A stretch of 64,000 nt of DNA from Candidatus Oxydemutatoraceae bacterium. GTDB taxonomy: Bacteria > Pseudomonadota > Gammaproteobacteria > Poriferisulfidales > Oxydemutatoraceae. Below are positions 61,556-64,000 of the stretch, one piece after another. The stretch lies in assembly GCA_965220085.1 (NCBI GenBank), contig CBDCOZ010000003.1, positions 384,001-448,000 of the forward strand. The letters are read 5' to 3'. The notes below the pieces were generated by a model. It was not told the origin of the DNA. It did no database searches and worked only from the letters and a program-made list of their open reading frames with translations. How positions within the stretch are numbered: position 1 is the stretch's first letter; each line of letters begins with the position of its first letter. Both the position numbers and the translations under genes were made by a program.

Positions 61556-62122
61556 ATGAACTTTTGTAGCCACTGCGGTTCGTCCGCTATCGTTTCTCAA
61601 ATCCCGCAAGGCGATACGCGCCGGCGCTTCACTTGCGCCGATTGCAACGCGGTGTTCTATGAAAACCCCAAAATTGTCGCGGCGTGCATTTTGGAATGGC
61701 AAGAGAAAATTCTTTTATGCCGGCGCGCGATCGAACCGCGCAAGGGGATGTGGACGGTTCCCGGAGGGTTTTTGGAGAACAATGAATCGATGGTAGAGGG
61801 CGCGTTTCGCGAAGCAAAAGAAGAGAGCGGCGCGACGGCGGAAGGACTCAAGCTGTTTTCTATCCACAATATAAAGCACGCCCATCAGGTGTATGTCACG
61901 TATTGCGGCCGGCTCGGCGGCGGCATATGCAGCGCCGAACACGAGACATCGGAGGTAGCGCTCTATGGCAAAAACGAAATCCCGTGGGATGAGGTCGCGT
62001 TTGCGGTTATCAAGGAAGCGTTACGGCTGTATGTGTCCGACGGCCGCAACGATTGTTCCGCAGTGTATCAGGGAGATATCGTAAAAAATAACGACGGCAC
62101 ATTTCATGTAACCCGCTATTGA
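61556..62122 (+). CDS. NUDIX hydrolase with N-terminal zinc ribbon
   Basis: FCSHCG...CADC...YENPKIV, RRAIEPR.G.WT.P.GF.E, REAKEE. Confidence 0.92.
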   Translation: MNFCSHCGSSAIVSQIPQGDTRRRFTCADCNAVFYENPKIVAACILEWQEKILLCRRAIEPRKGMWTVPGGFLENNESMVEGAFREAKEESGATAEGLKLFSIHNIKHAHQVYVTYCGRLGGGICSAEHETSEVALYGKNEIPWDEVAFAVIKEALRLYVSDGRNDCSAVYQGDIVKNNDGTFHVTRY

Positions 62123-62433
62123 TCGGAACCGCCGAGACAAGGCGGTGTGTCATCAACCTTGCCGCCTCTGGCGGCCCATTCCGCGGGTGTCAGAGTATTC
62201 AACGAAAGCGCGTGAATGCCGCCGGTCAGTTCCGCTGCCAGCAGACTGTTGATGTGGCGGTGTCTTTGCAACAGGCTGCGCCCTTCAAAGGTATCCGCCA
62301 CTATAATCAGTTTGAAGTGTGATTCCGCTCCCGCCGGCACATTATGTTTTGAGCTCTCGTCGATGACATCAAGGCGCTCGGGGCGAACCTCGCTCGCGAT
62401 GATGCTCTCTATTTTTTTCCGCATGACTCCCAT
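62116..62433 (-). CDS. bolA: BolA family protein
   Basis: DESSKHNVPAGAESHFK, GIHAL, PPCLG. Confidence 0.93.
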   Translation of the reverse strand: MGVMRKKIESIIASEVRPERLDVIDESSKHNVPAGAESHFKLIIVADTFEGRSLLQRHRHINSLLAAELTGGIHALSLNTLTPAEWAARGGKVDDTPPCLGGSDQ

Positions 62434-62451
62434 AGCCGGATTATATCGCAA

Positions 62452-63246
62452 CTATGACATCCCGAGCCCGAAGAGGCGGGCGGCGTTCGCGGAGGTGCTT
62501 GCGGCGAGCGCGGACACTTCGGCCCCGATATGCTTGGCAACTTGTCGGCTTATGTGCGCAAGGAAAGCCGGTTCGTTGCGCCGGTTTTTGGGAGCGGGGG
62601 ACAGGTCGCGCGGCAGAAGATACGGCGCATCGGTTTCCAGCAATAACCTTTGCGGCGGAATCTTGCCGACCAATTCGCACAGATGCCGCCCGCGTCGTTC
62701 GTCACAAATCCAGCCGGTGATGCCGATGTAAAAATCGAGAGCGAGATAGTCGGCGAGTTCCCGCGCATTGCCGGCAAAGCAATGCACCACGCCGCCCGCG
62801 ATCTGGTCGCGATACGGTTTGAGCAGGGCTATGAAATCATCGTGCGCGTCGCGTTGGTGCATGAACAGCGGTTTGTTCAATTCTATTGCCAATTGGATTT
62901 GCCGTTCAAAAGCATCGCGTTGATCCGGCGGCGGCGAGAAGTTACGGTGATAGTCCAGACCGGCCTCGCCGATAGCCGCCGCTTTTTTGTGTGTTGCCAA
63001 ATCTTTTAACGCTTGGCAGGTATCGTCATCCCAGCTGTTCGCATGGTGGGGATGGACGCCGATGCATGCGCACAGCGTATCGGGGTAACGCTCGGCGAGG
63101 GCAATGGCCGCGCGGCTGTCGGTCACGCTTGATCCGGTGACAAGCATGGCATCCACGCCCGCCCGCTTGGCTTTGTTCAGGACTTCCTCACGGTCGTCGT
63201 CAAACGAACTGTGGGTGAGGTTGCAGCATATGTCGGTTAAGCTCAT
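62452..63246 (-). CDS. tatD: TatD family nuclease
   Basis: GVHPH, IGEAGLDY, HQRDA, VVHCF, ETDAPY, RNEPA. Confidence 0.93.
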   Translation of the reverse strand: MSLTDICCNLTHSSFDDDREEVLNKAKRAGVDAMLVTGSSVTDSRAAIALAERYPDTLCACIGVHPHHANSWDDDTCQALKDLATHKKAAAIGEAGLDYHRNFSPPPDQRDAFERQIQLAIELNKPLFMHQRDAHDDFIALLKPYRDQIAGGVVHCFAGNARELADYLALDFYIGITGWICDERRGRHLCELVGKIPPQRLLLETDAPYLLPRDLSPAPKNRRNEPAFLAHISRQVAKHIGAEVSALAASTSANAARLFGLGMS

Positions 63247-63432
63247 GTTTGGCGATTTTAATATTTCCGGCGGCGAAGCGTTCGACCCTCGGCTGATCGG
63301 GCCGACCTCCGGCATCTATTATCGCAGATATGGCGGGAAAAGAGGCGGTTTGCGCTTTATCTGATTTTGAGCAAGGCGCAATCGGTGATGAAAAACTGCT
63401 AAGCTTAGCCTTGGTATCTTTCTATGTGGCTT

Positions 63433-64000
63433 ATGAATCAGGAGACGGAACAGTCGGCGGATGAAGGCAGATGCGTTATTCATATCGATATGGACGCTTT
63501 CTTTGCCGCGATAGAGCAGCGGGATTCCCCGCAACTGGCCGGAAAGCCGGTTATTGTCGGCGGCCAACCCCATGCCCGCGGGGTGGTGGCGACATGCAGC
63601 TACGAGGCGCGTCAATTCGGCATCGCTTCGGCGATGCCCTCGGCGCGCGCCGCGCGCTTGTGTCCCGATGCGATTTTTATCAAACCTCGTTTCAGCGTCT
63701 ATCGCAGCGTGTCCCGGCAATTGCGCGAAGTATTTTTCCGCTTCACCGATTTGGCTGAGATGGTATCGCTTGATGAAGCATATCTGGACGTCAGCGAAGC
63801 CGCGCATGATATTGCGGCGGCTTGCGATGTGGCGCGGGCTATCAAAAGAACGATAAAAGACACGACCCGACTGACCGCGTCGGCGGGCGTTGCCAATAAT
63901 AAATTCCTTGCCAAAATCGCTTCCGACAAGGACAAACCCGACGGCCTGTTTGCGATATTTCCCGAGCGGGTCGGCGAGTTTATCGACGCCTTGCCGGTGC
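63433..64000 (+). CDS. dinB: DNA polymerase IV, N-terminal part (runs off the window)
   Basis: Manual translation: [16 protein letters not shown]...[12 protein letters not shown]...SLDEAYLDV...[14 protein letters not shown]. Confidence 0.95.
   Translation, partial: MNQETEQSADEGRCVIHIDMDAFFAAIEQRDSPQLAGKPVIVGGQPHARGVVATCSYEARQFGIASAMPSARAARLCPDAIFIKPRFSVYRSVSRQLREVFFRFTDLAEMVSLDEAYLDVSEAAHDIAAACDVARAIKRTIKDTTRLTASAGVANNKFLAKIASDKDKPDGLFAIFPERVGEFIDALPV

Overview
GC-rich gammaproteobacterial chromosome segment, mostly housekeeping genes: fdxA, gmk, rnd, msrB, purMN, hda, wrbA, aspS-nudB-yebC-ruvCAB-tolQRAB-cpoB-queEC, tldD/pmbA, mpl, hemL, nqrABCDEF-apbE-nqrM, bolA, tatD, dinB, plus tRNA-Ser(CGA) and tRNA-Lys(TTT). 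There are three accessory zones. (1,2) Two tandem pairs of secreted Ig/cadherin-like repeat proteins (2235-5757 and 41446-44162). All four end in the identical 13-aa tail RLRLRLFLEGPLR-stop, encoded with synonymous variation, and have a C-x-Q-A-Q-A-Q type signal peptide. Two have long poly-C tracts just after the start codon, both loci carry a CACAAACA-N9-TGTTTGTG palindrome, and locus 1 is interleaved with GNRA-hairpin repeat arrays. This is the best candidate for an undescribed system: a C-terminal sorting or assembly tag on a phase-variable, modular surface-protein family. (3) An AT-rich, decaying defence island next to tRNA-Ser, with intact methyltransferases and a Sir2-HerA pair but broken endonucleases. 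Several local tandem duplications, a ybgC pseudogene and the absence of pal from the tol operon are also visible. All calls are by eye from the sequence and ORF track; no searches were run.
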